A stretch of DNA of 64,000 nucleotides from an uncultured Gammaproteobacteria bacterium (GCA_964533055.1 CAZHKZ010000002.1:8129-72128), one strand, 5' to 3'. Shown: positions 48,934-59,406, counted from the stretch's first letter. Program-made: numbers and translations. Notes: generated from the sequence alone by a model not told the origin.

Positions 48934-49535
48934 AAGATAAATCAGGAGCACAATTATCACCTAGTAAAGTGGTAGCTAAAGGAGCATTTAGAATCTCGAC
49001 AATTGTTCTTGAGTTAGTGAATTATGTTCTCCATACAGTCTGCAATTTCCCATCGCATCACCTGCGTAGAGCTTTTTTGCGAATGGCTGGAATGAAAATT
49101 GGCAGAGGGTCGTCAATCCATATTGGGCCGAGGTTTTATGATGTCTCAAAGATAATTATTGGAAAGGACAGTATTGTTGGTGAATATGCAGTGCTCGATG
49201 GACGAGCCCCGTTGAAAATTGGTGATCATGTAGATATCGCATCAGAAGTTATGATCTATAACTCACAGCATGACATGGGTGCACAGAATTTTGCCGGAGT
49301 TGAAGATGTAGTGCTTGCACCAGTCGTGATTGAGGATTATGTGTTTATTGGGCCAAGGGCAATTATTCTTCCTGGCGTCACAATTGGGAAAGGAGCCATC
49401 GTGGGTGCTGGGGCAGTAGTTACAAAGGATGTTGATCCATTTGCGATTGTGGGTGGGGTGCCTGCAAAGGTTATTGGGGAGCGATCATTGAAGGATCCTG
49501 CCTACAAGCTTGGGAGAGCAGCATGGTTTCGATAG
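48930..49535 (+). CDS. Hexapeptide-repeat (LbH) sugar O-acyltransferase
   Basis: 'MKIGRGS', 'IGDHVDI', 'VVIEDYVFIGPRAIILPGVTIGKGAIVGAGAVVTKDV', 'VGGVPAK'. Confidence 0.9.
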   Translation: MKDKSGAQLSPSKVVAKGAFRISTIVLELVNYVLHTVCNFPSHHLRRAFLRMAGMKIGRGSSIHIGPRFYDVSKIIIGKDSIVGEYAVLDGRAPLKIGDHVDIASEVMIYNSQHDMGAQNFAGVEDVVLAPVVIEDYVFIGPRAIILPGVTIGKGAIVGAGAVVTKDVDPFAIVGGVPAKVIGERSLKDPAYKLGRAAWFR

Positions 49536-50371
49536 TCATACTCTCATACAATACCTCAGAGCTCTTGAAGAAATGTCTTGAGTCGATCTACCTTCATCTT
49601 CAGGGTAAATTCGAGGTCATAGTCGTTGATAACGCATCCAAAGATGAAAGTGTCAAAATGGTCAAAGATACTTTCAAGAAAGTTCGCCTTATTGAGAATC
49701 CTCATAATTCGGGATTTGCCGGCGGGTGCAACTTGGGAGCTGCGAGTGCAAAGGGTGAGCATATCCTATTCCTTAACTCTGATGCTGAGGTAAAGGATAA
49801 TCCACTTCCAATTCTTCTTCAGACATTTAATGATCACGATAATGTTGCAGTAGTGGGTGGAATTTTGGAGAACTATAATGGCTCTCTTCAGCGATCGTTT
49901 GGCGATTTTTATACAATTCCCAATATTATCACCTTACTTTTTGTTGGTGAAAATGGAGAGCTCAAAAAATACACAGATGAAAAAGAAATGGAGACTGACT
50001 GGGTGAGTGGGGGATTTATGATGACTGATTCGGCGCATTTTAGGTCTGTTAAGGGCTTTAATGAGTCATACTTTATGTACATCGAAGATATGGATCTTTG
50101 TTATAGATTGCGAAAGAAGGGGCTGAAGGTATTTGTGAATCCAGATGCGCGTATTAAGCATCTAGGACAGGGTAGCTCGAACAAAGCATTTGCAATTATT
50201 CACATCTATATGGGGCTGCAGATTTTTTATCAACAGCAAAGAGGTATACTGGAATACTACACCGTCAAGCTGTTATTATTAGTGAAGGCAGTACTAGCAC
50301 TGATAGTAGGTCTCCTAACCTTGAGGAAAAATCTTATCTCGACATATTACAAAGCACTAAAAACTTTATGA
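49523..50371 (+). CDS. GT2 glycosyltransferase (WbbL-like)
   Basis: 'VSIVILSYN', 'VVDNASKD', 'NSGFAGGCNLG', 'FLNSD', 'DWVSGG', 'YFMYIEDMDLC'. Confidence 0.9.
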   Translation: MVSIVILSYNTSELLKKCLESIYLHLQGKFEVIVVDNASKDESVKMVKDTFKKVRLIENPHNSGFAGGCNLGAASAKGEHILFLNSDAEVKDNPLPILLQTFNDHDNVAVVGGILENYNGSLQRSFGDFYTIPNIITLLFVGENGELKKYTDEKEMETDWVSGGFMMTDSAHFRSVKGFNESYFMYIEDMDLCYRLRKKGLKVFVNPDARIKHLGQGSSNKAFAIIHIYMGLQIFYQQQRGILEYYTVKLLLLVKAVLALIVGLLTLRKNLISTYYKALKTL

Positions 50372-53300
50372 AAATATTAAAATTTGCAAAGAATAATGTT
50401 TTTCTGTTACTCACTCTTTTTCTTTTGGCATTTATACCTCTCTACCCAAAGCTTCCATTAGTTGATATCACTAATACATGGGTGTATATTCGTATTGAGG
50501 ATGTGCTAGTTGCGCTTACTTGGATCACCTTTTTTATTCTATTTTGGCGTAAAAAGGCTACTCTCAAGACTCCGTTAACGTATCCAATTCTTATATTCTG
50601 GGCAGTTGGAGCGCTTGCAACAATTCATGGTGTTATCTTTCTCTTCCCGAAGATCTCAGGACTTTTCCCACACTTGGCTCTCCTTAATTTCCTGCGAAGA
50701 GTTGAGTACCTTTCGGTCTTTTTTCTTGCTTTTAATGCAATGAGAAATAAAAAGTTTGTGACACCACTTATCTTCACCCTGGCTATTACGATGATTGGGG
50801 TCTTTATTTATGGTGTTGGGCAGAAATTCTTGGCCTTTCCAGCATTCTTGACCATGAACGAAGAGTTCGCAAAGGGAATTCCGCTGCGACTATCTCAAGC
50901 AGCACGTATTCCATCTACCTTTGGTGGTCATTATGATCTTGCTGCTTACCTTACACTCCTTATTCCAATTATGGGTGCTATGGTTTTTGGCTTTAAGAGT
51001 TGGTATGCAAAGATATTTTTTCTATTAACTTCAGTGAGCGGTCTTATCTTGCTCCTCATGACTGCTTCTCGCGTCTCCTATGGCGTATATCTTGTCTCAA
51101 TTGTCTTCCTCCTTGTGCTTCAAAAGGGAAAAAAATTCATTATCCCAGTTGTAATATTAAGTCTTTTATTAATGAGATCATTTGATGGCATTTCTCAGAG
51201 ATTTGCAAGTACATTTCAGCAGGTTGACCTCGCAGTTGATTCAAGAACTGGCAAAGCAATAGGTGTTATCTCACAAGGCGGTCAAGATACGGGTAAGATC
51301 GTGATTGAAGATAAAGAATCAACTGGTGAAAGTCTTCCACAGGGCTCAAAATACATCAATTTCCCAAGCACATCAGGTAAACAGTTTGAATCAGAGATCC
51401 TCTTTAAAAAATTAGGGAGCAATGGTCAGGAAGGAATGATTATTAGTAAGACAGGGACTATCATCGTGAAGAAGGCATTTGCTTATGACGTTTCATTTAC
51501 GACTCGCTTCCAGGGTGAATGGCCACGAGCAATTGAAGCACTTCAGCGCAATCTACTACTGGGAAGTGGTTATTCATCCATCAATCTAGCAACTGACAAT
51601 AATTATCTGCGCATGCTCGGTGAGACAGGGATACTTGGATTTGGTGCTTTTATCATGATCTTTGTTATCGCGACTATTTATGCATGGCGAGTTCTCCCAT
51701 CCATAACTGATCGAAAGACAAGAAGTCTTGTTTATGGGGTGATGGCTGGCGTATTGGCGCTCTCTCTGAATGCTGTTCTAATTGATGTATTTGAGGCATC
51801 GAAAGTTGCTTTTGTTCTCTGGCTGATAATGGGTTCGACTCTGGGACTTGTCCATCTGTATCAAGAAAAAGCTGTAAATTATGGTAAAGAGCTGCTTCGC
51901 ATCATTACATCAATTCCAGTTCTGGTCGCAGGAATTGCAATCTCAGGATCAATTATATTTTGGTCAATGATCTCGAATTATTTTGTTGGAGACGACTTTA
52001 CTTGGCTTCGTTGGGCAGCAGATTGCTCATCTCTTGTTTCACAAGGTGGGCCAAAAGTTTGTGGTTCATTAATTGAGACTATTTTGAGCTTTTTTACTCA
52101 TTCTCAGGGATTTTTCTATCGACCTGGAACGAAGACATTTTTCTATCTGATGTACCCATTGTTTGAATTATTCCCAACACCATATCATGTTGTCTCCCTA
52201 ATGCTTCATCTTATAAGCACATCTTTACTTTTTTTCATCTTTAAAAAGATTTTAGGCAGTAAATTATGGGCATTTGCTGGAGCACTTCTATTTATGGTCC
52301 TAAGTGTTCACGCAGAGTCAATTTACTGGGTCTCAGTTACGGGGCATATGATAACAGCCGTACTTATCTTACTTGCACTGCTTGCATATATGTATTGGAT
52401 GGAGACGAAGAATCATCTCCTCTTTATACTGGCATGGATAAGCGTGCTTGTCTCTACCTTCTTTCATGAATATGGAGCGATGGGCTCATTAATTCTTATC
52501 GCCTACGATATATTTAATTCACAAAAAATTACTTTTAAGAATGTTTTAAAGAGGTGGCATTACCTTGTGCTTCTGGCTCCGATTGTCATCTACGCAGTCC
52601 TTCGGACTAATGCATCTAGCTTCGTAACAGGGGGAGATTATTCGTATAGCTTGACAAATCTTCCATTTAATTTTGCCGGTAATTTAGCAGGTTATTTCTT
52701 TGCGACGATTATTGGACCGGTCTTCAATCCTATTTATACAGCTGTGAGAATGTACGCAAATTCACATATTCCAGTAGCAGTATTAGCGATGGTAGCTATC
52801 CTAATCGGGGCTATATCACTCTTTTTAAGGGCAAAGAATGTGAGGGAGCATCTTTTTGATAAGCAGATCTTATTTGCACTTACATTCTTTGTTGTAGGAC
52901 TAATTCCATTCTTAGGTTTGGGCAATCTTTCTGATAGATATGTTTATCTTGCCTCGGTAGGCCTAGTACTTGCTGTGATTATTATTCTTAAAAAGACGCT
53001 TAATATGAAAAGTAGAAATGTAGTTGTTGGTGCAGTCGTATTAGGTATTATCTACGGCTTTACCCAGATCTTTCAGCTTTTTTCAATTAATTCTGATTGG
53101 AGACAGGCAGGGAGAACATCAAATAACGCGCTCGTCGCATTATCATATGCGTATGCTAATACCGGCGCTCTTTCCTCAAAGCCAATATTCTATTTTGTAA
53201 ATGTCCCGATTAAGTATGGCGATGCTTGGGTGTTCCCCGTTGGGCTTCAGGATGCGCTGTGGTTTTCTTTTCAAAATACGCCATTGGTGATTGTGCAAAC

Positions 53301-53481
53301 TCAAGATGAAGCATCAGCTATGGAGCATGCCAAAAATGATACAGAGAATGTTCATGTGTTTAAATTTGAGAGTAATGGTGATTTGCTAGAGTTGAAAATC
53401 CCTGTAATTCCGGCTCCAATTAAATCGGGGCTAACTCCTACTCCAAAAACATCGGTAAAGTCAAAAACATCTGTTAAGTAG
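50368..53481 (+). CDS. O-antigen-ligase (Wzy_C)-like domain fused to a GT-C-like domain
   Basis: N-terminal half: 'RIPSTFGGHYDLAAYL', 'TASRVS', 'LGSGY...TDNNYLRMLGETGILG'. C-terminal half: 'YFVGDDFTWL', 'FFYRP', 'YHVVSLMLH', 'HAESIYW', 'DRYVYLAS'. Confidence 0.75.
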   Translation: MKILKFAKNNVFLLLTLFLLAFIPLYPKLPLVDITNTWVYIRIEDVLVALTWITFFILFWRKKATLKTPLTYPILIFWAVGALATIHGVIFLFPKISGLFPHLALLNFLRRVEYLSVFFLAFNAMRNKKFVTPLIFTLAITMIGVFIYGVGQKFLAFPAFLTMNEEFAKGIPLRLSQAARIPSTFGGHYDLAAYLTLLIPIMGAMVFGFKSWYAKIFFLLTSVSGLILLLMTASRVSYGVYLVSIVFLLVLQKGKKFIIPVVILSLLLMRSFDGISQRFASTFQQVDLAVDSRTGKAIGVISQGGQDTGKIVIEDKESTGESLPQGSKYINFPSTSGKQFESEILFKKLGSNGQEGMIISKTGTIIVKKAFAYDVSFTTRFQGEWPRAIEALQRNLLLGSGYSSINLATDNNYLRMLGETGILGFGAFIMIFVIATIYAWRVLPSITDRKTRSLVYGVMAGVLALSLNAVLIDVFEASKVAFVLWLIMGSTLGLVHLYQEKAVNYGKELLRIITSIPVLVAGIAISGSIIFWSMISNYFVGDDFTWLRWAADCSSLVSQGGPKVCGSLIETILSFFTHSQGFFYRPGTKTFFYLMYPLFELFPTPYHVVSLMLHLISTSLLFFIFKKILGSKLWAFAGALLFMVLSVHAESIYWVSVTGHMITAVLILLALLAYMYWMETKNHLLFILAWISVLVSTFFHEYGAMGSLILIAYDIFNSQKITFKNVLKRWHYLVLLAPIVIYAVLRTNASSFVTGGDYSYSLTNLPFNFAGNLAGYFFATIIGPVFNPIYTAVRMYANSHIPVAVLAMVAILIGAISLFLRAKNVREHLFDKQILFALTFFVVGLIPFLGLGNLSDRYVYLASVGLVLAVIIILKKTLNMKSRNVVVGAVVLGIIYGFTQIFQLFSINSDWRQAGRTSNNALVALSYAYANTGALSSKPIFYFVNVPIKYGDAWVFPVGLQDALWFSFQNTPLVIVQTQDEASAMEHAKNDTENVHVFKFESNGDLLELKIPVIPAPIKSGLTPTPKTSVKSKTSVK

Positions 53482-53487
53482 CATCCT

Positions 53488-54945
53488 ATGTTTGGTAAAG
53501 ATAAATACACATTTCTCCTCCTTGTAATATTGATTGGCTGTATCTGCATTAGACTTTTTAGATTTAATGGTCCAATTGCTGACTGGCATAGTTGGAGACA
53601 GGCTGATACCTCATCTGTCTCTCGAACTTTCATCAATGAAGGATATGATCTTCTCCATCCAAAGTTTCATGACATATCTAATGTTGCTTCAAAACTTGAT
53701 AACCCAAATGGATATAGATTTGTTGAGTTTCCAATTTACAATGTTCTTCAAGCAGGTCTGACTCAATTTATTGGTATTCTTACTCTTGAGGAATGGGGGA
53801 GGATGATTAGCATCATTTCATCCGTATTGAGCACCTATATTCTTTATAAATTAGTTAGTAAATATACCAATAAAACTGCGGGGCTTTTTACTGCTTATTT
53901 CTATGCATTTATTCCCTTTAATGTTTATTATGGACGTACCATTTTGCCGGATCCATCAATGGTTTCGACCTCACTACTTGCGATCTACCTTTTTGATCTT
54001 TATTTGAAAAATAAGAGAGGTAAGTATCTTTTACTTGCTGGAGTGAGCGCATCGCTCTCGCTTCTTCTTAAGCCGTATGCGATTTTTTTTCTGGTTCCTC
54101 TGCCAGTCATGGCAATTTACACTTATAAGCTCGCGATCTTTAAGCAATGGAAGATCATTCTTGTCGGTATTTTTACAGTTATACCATTAATTCTCTGGAG
54201 GCAGTGGATGGTGCAATTCCCCGAGGGTATTCCAACAAATCAGTGGCTATTGAATGGAAATGGAATACGATTTAGACCCTCATTTCTCCGTTGGATGCTC
54301 TATGAAAGACTAACCAAGCTTATCTTAGGCTATTTCCTAGCCCCTATTCTCTTGCTGGGCGCATATAAGGTTTTTAAAGAGAAAGCATTTATGCTTTATT
54401 CATCAATTGTGCTTGGTGCTGCTCTCTATGTCGTAACGTTTGCGACTGGGAATGTGCAGCATGACTATTATCAAATACTTATTATGCCAAGCGTTGCATT
54501 ACTCCTAGGTCTTGGCGCATATCTTCTCAGTCAGAAAATTAGTGCTTGGTTGCCTTTACATTTGCGTAAGCATAATCCATATTTCGGAGTCCTTTTTATT
54601 CTCCTGATAAGTCTGATGAGTATGGGGCATTCCTGGATGAGCGTTAAGGAGTATTTTAATATCAATAATCGAGCGATCATAACTGCTGGGGAGGCAGTGG
54701 ATCGATTAACACCAAAAGATGCTCGTATTATAGCGCTCTACAATGGTGACACTTCATTTCTTTATCAAACAAAGAGAAAGGGTTGGGCGTCTCAGCAGAG
54801 TTCACTCCCGGAGATGATTAAGCTCGGCGCTTCATACTTGGTGATTACGAATCCAAATGGGTCTGATTATAATTTTTCTAAAGAATATCAAGCAGTAGTT
54901 TCAAATAAGACATTTCTTTTAGTAGATCTAAAAAAGCCATTATGA
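53488..54945 (+). CDS. ArnT/PMT_2-like GT-C glycosyltransferase
   Basis: 'DWHSWRQADT', 'VEFPIYN', 'GRTILPDP', 'LLKP', 'HDYYQ'; multi-TM. Confidence 0.78.
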   Translation: MFGKDKYTFLLLVILIGCICIRLFRFNGPIADWHSWRQADTSSVSRTFINEGYDLLHPKFHDISNVASKLDNPNGYRFVEFPIYNVLQAGLTQFIGILTLEEWGRMISIISSVLSTYILYKLVSKYTNKTAGLFTAYFYAFIPFNVYYGRTILPDPSMVSTSLLAIYLFDLYLKNKRGKYLLLAGVSASLSLLLKPYAIFFLVPLPVMAIYTYKLAIFKQWKIILVGIFTVIPLILWRQWMVQFPEGIPTNQWLLNGNGIRFRPSFLRWMLYERLTKLILGYFLAPILLLGAYKVFKEKAFMLYSSIVLGAALYVVTFATGNVQHDYYQILIMPSVALLLGLGAYLLSQKISAWLPLHLRKHNPYFGVLFILLISLMSMGHSWMSVKEYFNINNRAIITAGEAVDRLTPKDARIIALYNGDTSFLYQTKRKGWASQQSSLPEMIKLGASYLVITNPNGSDYNFSKEYQAVVSNKTFLLVDLKKPL

Positions 54946-56126
54946 AAATTCTAATAGTTTCATCATATCTTCCGTACCCTCTGCTAAATGGTGGCAATAT
55001 TCGTCTTTACAATATTATTAAATCTTTAGGTGACAAACACGAAATAACTCTTGTGTGTGAAAAAAGAGAGGCACAAACTCAAGATGACATAAGAGAGGTC
55101 GAAAAGATCTGTAAAAAAGTTATAACAGTAAAGCGCAATAAGCAGTGGAGTATAACTAATGTTCTTAAGTCTGGATTTTCGTCAATTCCTTTTCTTGTAC
55201 AAGGGCATACCTCTAAGGAGTTCCAGGATGCCATTTCTGCAGAGCTTGATGCCGGTGGATTTGATTTGATTCATGTCGAGACATTTTATGTCATGCAAAA
55301 TGTTCCAGATTTCGCGCTCCCAATTGTGCTTGTTGAGCATAATATCGAGTACTTAGTCTATGAGAGATTTATGCAAAAAGTACCATTTATTCTTAAGCCA
55401 TTTTTAGCAATTGATATTAACAAAATTAAAAAAATTGAGATGGCTTTCTGGAATCAGGCGAAAATAATTGCAACTGTTTCGGATCAAGAAAGAAAAATCA
55501 TTGATAAGAATAATTGTTATGTTGTGGCAAACGGTGTTGATACAAAGCAGTTTGCTAAAAAAACAATTGATAAAGATTTTGCAAAAAAACAAAAGAAAGT
55601 CTTATTTATTGGTGACTATGCATGGTTGCAAAATAGCGACGCGGCACGTTATATCATTGAGGAAGTGTGGCCATTCCTCAGTTCTCAGGGAGATTTATCA
55701 CTTTGGATAGTGGGGCGCAATATGCCTCAAAGCCTTAAGGATCTTGGTAGGGGTGATAAGAGAATTTTTTTTGATGACAAGAATACTTCATCTGCTTCTG
55801 ATATTTTTACAGAGGCAGATCTTCTTCTTGCTCCAATTCGAGTTGGAGGGGGTACAAGCTATAAGATTATTGAATCAATGGCAGTTGGAACGCCTGTGGT
55901 TACGACTAGCTTGGGCCATGAAGGGATTGATGTTCAGAAGGATAGAGATATTCTAGTTGCAGATGATCCAGAGTCGTTGTCGCGAACAGTTAGTGATATT
56001 CTCTCAGATGAGGAGAGCTATCGAAAGCTCTCCAGTAATTCACGAAAAGCCGTTGAGAGTATTTATGATTGGTCCGTTATTGCAAAGAAAATGGATGAGG
56101 TCTACCAGAAGGCGGTGGGGAAGTAG
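54942..56126 (+). CDS. GT4 glycosyltransferase
   Basis: 'PYPLLNGGNIR', 'EHNIE', 'VANGVD', 'APIRVGGGTSYKIIESMAVGTPVVTT'. Confidence 0.92.
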   Translation: MKILIVSSYLPYPLLNGGNIRLYNIIKSLGDKHEITLVCEKREAQTQDDIREVEKICKKVITVKRNKQWSITNVLKSGFSSIPFLVQGHTSKEFQDAISAELDAGGFDLIHVETFYVMQNVPDFALPIVLVEHNIEYLVYERFMQKVPFILKPFLAIDINKIKKIEMAFWNQAKIIATVSDQERKIIDKNNCYVVANGVDTKQFAKKTIDKDFAKKQKKVLFIGDYAWLQNSDAARYIIEEVWPFLSSQGDLSLWIVGRNMPQSLKDLGRGDKRIFFDDKNTSSASDIFTEADLLLAPIRVGGGTSYKIIESMAVGTPVVTTSLGHEGIDVQKDRDILVADDPESLSRTVSDILSDEESYRKLSSNSRKAVESIYDWSVIAKKMDEVYQKAVGK

Positions 56127-57247
56127 TGAGAATAGGGATTGATGCTCGTTTTTGGAATGAAACCGGTGTGGGTCGCTATATTCAAAACCTTGTTGCCAAT
56201 ATCATTATTCTTGATAAGTCAAATGACTATGTGTTGTTTGTTCGATCTCAAGATCTCGCAAAAGTACAACTATTTACAAAGAATTCGAATTTCACATGCA
56301 TTCCGGTAGATATTCCGTGGCACTCTTTAAAAGAGCAAACGCAATTTACGTCAATCATTAAGGAGCAAAAAGTTGACCTCATGCACTTTCCTTATTTCTC
56401 AGTACCAATTAGCTTCAATGCTCCATTTATTATCACAATTCATGATCTTATTCTGCATCACTTCCCAACAGGTGAGGCAAGTACACTATTTTTGCCACTC
56501 TATTATGCAAAATGGCTTGGGTATAAATTAGTGATTGCATCAGCTGCGAGAAGGGCATTGCATGTATTAACAGTCTCGAATGCGACAAAGGATGAGATAA
56601 TTGATCATCTCGGAATTAAGAACGAGAAAATAAGCGTGATCTATGAAGGAGTGGATAGCCAGCTTTCATCCGTATCTTTGAAATCTCAAACAACAAAACC
56701 GGAAAAATATTTTCTCCATGTAGGTAATGTCTATCCTCATAAAGATCCGAAAGTTCTTGTTGATGCATTCTCAAAACTTAATGATGAGGCAGTCTCCCTT
56801 ATATTTGTTGGCAAACAAGATCACTTTATGAAGAAATTAGAGGAGTATGTTAGAAAAAAGCATCTTAAAAATATTGTGTTCAAAGGATTTGTGCCTGATG
56901 TTGAATTGGCAAATATGTATAGAAATGCACTTGCTACTGTAGTTAGTTCAAAAATGGAGGGGTTTGGTCTTCCTGCTGTGGAAGCGATGATAAATACATG
57001 CCTTGTTGTTTCATCAGACATCCCTTCATTGCGTGAGGTTACGAAAGGTAATGCACTGTTTTTTAAGCAAGGTGATGTGGAAGGCTTGAGTCAGCTCTTA
57101 CTTACTCTTGCTAAGGATGAGCAAAACAAGTATGCTTCCCAAAAGATAGACGCAGAAAAAATCGCAAAGGAATATTCATGGGAGAGAATGGCAAAGGAGA
57201 CTATAGCTCAATATGAAGGTTGCAATCGTATACGACAGGATAAATAA
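56126..57247 (+). CDS. GT4 glycosyltransferase (MtfB-like)
   Basis: GTG start; 'IGIDAR', 'TGVGRY', 'ITIHDL', 'EGFGLPAVEAM', 'YSWERMA'. Confidence 0.92.
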   Translation: MRIGIDARFWNETGVGRYIQNLVANIIILDKSNDYVLFVRSQDLAKVQLFTKNSNFTCIPVDIPWHSLKEQTQFTSIIKEQKVDLMHFPYFSVPISFNAPFIITIHDLILHHFPTGEASTLFLPLYYAKWLGYKLVIASAARRALHVLTVSNATKDEIIDHLGIKNEKISVIYEGVDSQLSSVSLKSQTTKPEKYFLHVGNVYPHKDPKVLVDAFSKLNDEAVSLIFVGKQDHFMKKLEEYVRKKHLKNIVFKGFVPDVELANMYRNALATVVSSKMEGFGLPAVEAMINTCLVVSSDIPSLREVTKGNALFFKQGDVEGLSQLLLTLAKDEQNKYASQKIDAEKIAKEYSWERMAKETIAQYEGCNRIRQDK

Positions 57248-58307
57248 ATGGGGAGGTGCTGAACGAGTCCTCCTTGCTCTTCACGAGCTTTTTCCGAATG
57301 CACCACTCTTCACCTCAGTCTACTACAAAGAGAAGGCAGCATGGGCAAAAGATTTTGAAATTAGGCCATCTTTCCTCCAGAATTTTCCATTTGCCAAGGG
57401 TGGACACGAGCTTTATCCGATACTTATGCCACAGGTATTTGAATCATTTGATTTTGCAGAATATGATGTTGTGATTTCGGTGACTAGTGAGGCGGCGAAG
57501 GGAATTATCACCAAGCCAGGCACGTTGCATATTTGTTATTGTCTGACTCCAACTCGGTATCTTTGGAGTGGATATGATCAATATTTCCAAACTCCACTTG
57601 TTAGGTTTTTATCCTATCCATTTGTGAGATATCTGAGGATGTGGGAAAAAATTGCAGCCAATAGGCCTGATATTTTTGTTGCTATCTCACATGAGGTTCA
57701 AAACAGGATTAAGAGGTACTATCAAAGAGATTCTGCTGTAATTTATCCACCAGTAAGTCTCTTCGAGAGATATACACATTTAAGGCGAAAGCAAGGCGAG
57801 TATTATTTGGTTGTCTCAAGACTTGTGCCATATAAAAAAGTCGAACTAGCAATTAAGGCATGTAATACCCTAAAAAGAGATCTAGTTATTGTTGGTGTAG
57901 GTAGTGAGATGACTAGGCTTAAGAGGATAGCGGGCCCAACAGTGACCTTCAAAGGCTCGCTAACTGATGATGAGCTAGCAAATGTTTATGTAGGTGCAAA
58001 AGCAGTTATTTTCCCAGGTTTTGAGGATTTTGGTATTGTGATGGGAGAGGCTCTGGGTTTTGGTAAGCCAGTAATTGCGTACAAAAAAGGTGGGGCACTT
58101 GACCTCATCAAAGACAAGAAGACAGGAATTCTTTTTCAAGACCAGACGATTAAGTCCCTGACTCAGGCAATTCTGAATTTTGAAAAGACAGTTTTTCATA
58201 CAAAAGTTCTTGAAAGTGAAGCTAAACATTTCTCAAAGAAAGTATTTAAGGACTCAATCTCATTACTTATCGATCAGGCTTTGCAAAAGACAAGTTTCAT
58301 ACTATAA
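57213..58307 (+). CDS. GT4 glycosyltransferase (WbaZ-like mannosyltransferase)
   Basis: 'VAIVYD...GGAERVL', 'CYCLTPTRYLW', 'VIYPPV', 'VSRLVPYKK', 'EDFGIVMGEA'. Confidence 0.9.
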   Translation: MKVAIVYDRINKWGGAERVLLALHELFPNAPLFTSVYYKEKAAWAKDFEIRPSFLQNFPFAKGGHELYPILMPQVFESFDFAEYDVVISVTSEAAKGIITKPGTLHICYCLTPTRYLWSGYDQYFQTPLVRFLSYPFVRYLRMWEKIAANRPDIFVAISHEVQNRIKRYYQRDSAVIYPPVSLFERYTHLRRKQGEYYLVVSRLVPYKKVELAIKACNTLKRDLVIVGVGSEMTRLKRIAGPTVTFKGSLTDDELANVYVGAKAVIFPGFEDFGIVMGEALGFGKPVIAYKKGGALDLIKDKKTGILFQDQTIKSLTQAILNFEKTVFHTKVLESEAKHFSKKVFKDSISLLIDQALQKTSFIL

Positions 58308-58308
58308 T
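58281..58308 (+). promoter_or_regulatory. sigma70-type promoter TTGCAA-16 bp-TATAAT upstream of manC
   Basis: ttgcaa 58281-58286, tataat 58303-58308, ATG at 58321. Confidence 0.5.
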
Positions 58309-58320
58309 AATTTTAATCGT

Positions 58321-59406
58321 ATGAAAGTTGTGCTTTTTGCAGGGGGAGTAGGATCAAGACTCTGGCCACTCTCAAGAAAAAATTCTCCTAAACAGTTCGG
58401 GAATATCATTGGTGACAAATCGATGCTTCAGATTGCAGTTCAGAAACTTTTCCCCACATTTGAATGGTCGGACGTTTTTATCTCTACAGGCAAGCAGTAT
58501 GCACAAACTGTGCGTGAACAATTATCACAGCTGCCAGCAGAGAATGTTATCGTTGAGCCAGAGATGCGAGATGTCGGTCCAGCGGTCGGACTCATTACCG
58601 CCCTCTTTGTCAAGAGTGATCCAAATGAGCCCATTGCTTTGCTTTGGGGAAGTGATCATCTAGTACGCGAAGAGGAGTTATTCCGAAAACTCTTAAAGAC
58701 AGCAGAGGGAATTGTGAAGCAAGACGGACAGAGAATAGTATTTTTGGCACAAAAGCCACGATTTGCAAATCAGAATTTGGGATACATAGAGTTCTCAGAT
58801 CAAGTTGACTCTGTTGATGGTATTTCAGTTTATAAATTCTCCAATCTTCATTACAGGCCTGAGCTTGAAAAGGCAAAAGAATGGGTTAAAGACGGCAAGC
58901 ATTCCTGGAATCTTGGATATTTCGTTACGACTCCTTCGTATCTCTGGAAGTTATTTGAGGAATTCTCGCCAGATCTTTTTGAAAAGCTTAAAAAAATTCA
59001 TGATGCAATTGGGACCCCAGATTATCAAAGAGTTCTTGAAGTAGTCTACCCAAGTGTTGAAAAGATCTCATTTGATAATGCAATTCTTGAGAAGATGGAT
59101 CCAAATTCAGGCTTTGTGCTTTCAGAGGATTTGGGATGGAGCGATGTGGGGGCGTGGGAGGCACTTAAAGAGGCATTATCGGATACAGAGGAAGAGAATG
59201 TTACAAAAGGAAATGTTCTTATCGAGAATACTCAGGACTCACTCGTTTTTAACTATAATGAACAGCTTGTAGTCGGAATTGATTTGCAAGGGATGGTAGT
59301 TGTAAATACAGGCGATGTTCTGTTGATCTGTCCAAAAGACTCAGTCCCCAAGATAAAAGAGATCGTGAGTAAGCTCTCAGGAACAAAACACGAACATCTT
59401 GCATGA
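58321..59406 (+). CDS. manC: Mannose-1-phosphate guanylyltransferase (no PMI cupin domain)
   Basis: Start ATG 58321. 'AGGVGSRLWPLSRKNSPKQF', 'VEPEMRDVGPA', 'SDH', 'GYIE', 'ISFDNAILEK', 'GWSDVGAW', 'VNTGDVLLI'. Confidence 0.88.
   Translation: MKVVLFAGGVGSRLWPLSRKNSPKQFGNIIGDKSMLQIAVQKLFPTFEWSDVFISTGKQYAQTVREQLSQLPAENVIVEPEMRDVGPAVGLITALFVKSDPNEPIALLWGSDHLVREEELFRKLLKTAEGIVKQDGQRIVFLAQKPRFANQNLGYIEFSDQVDSVDGISVYKFSNLHYRPELEKAKEWVKDGKHSWNLGYFVTTPSYLWKLFEEFSPDLFEKLKKIHDAIGTPDYQRVLEVVYPSVEKISFDNAILEKMDPNSGFVLSEDLGWSDVGAWEALKEALSDTEEENVTKGNVLIENTQDSLVFNYNEQLVVGIDLQGMVVVNTGDVLLICPKDSVPKIKEIVSKLSGTKHEHLA

Noticed and set aside
3489-58320. Upstream-extended starts in the ORF track (3489, 7856, 12175, 24030, 25610, 31671, 58180, 59399)
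   Set aside because: They overlap upstream genes; downstream ATG/GTG starts match family N-termini and coupling or promoter geometry better.
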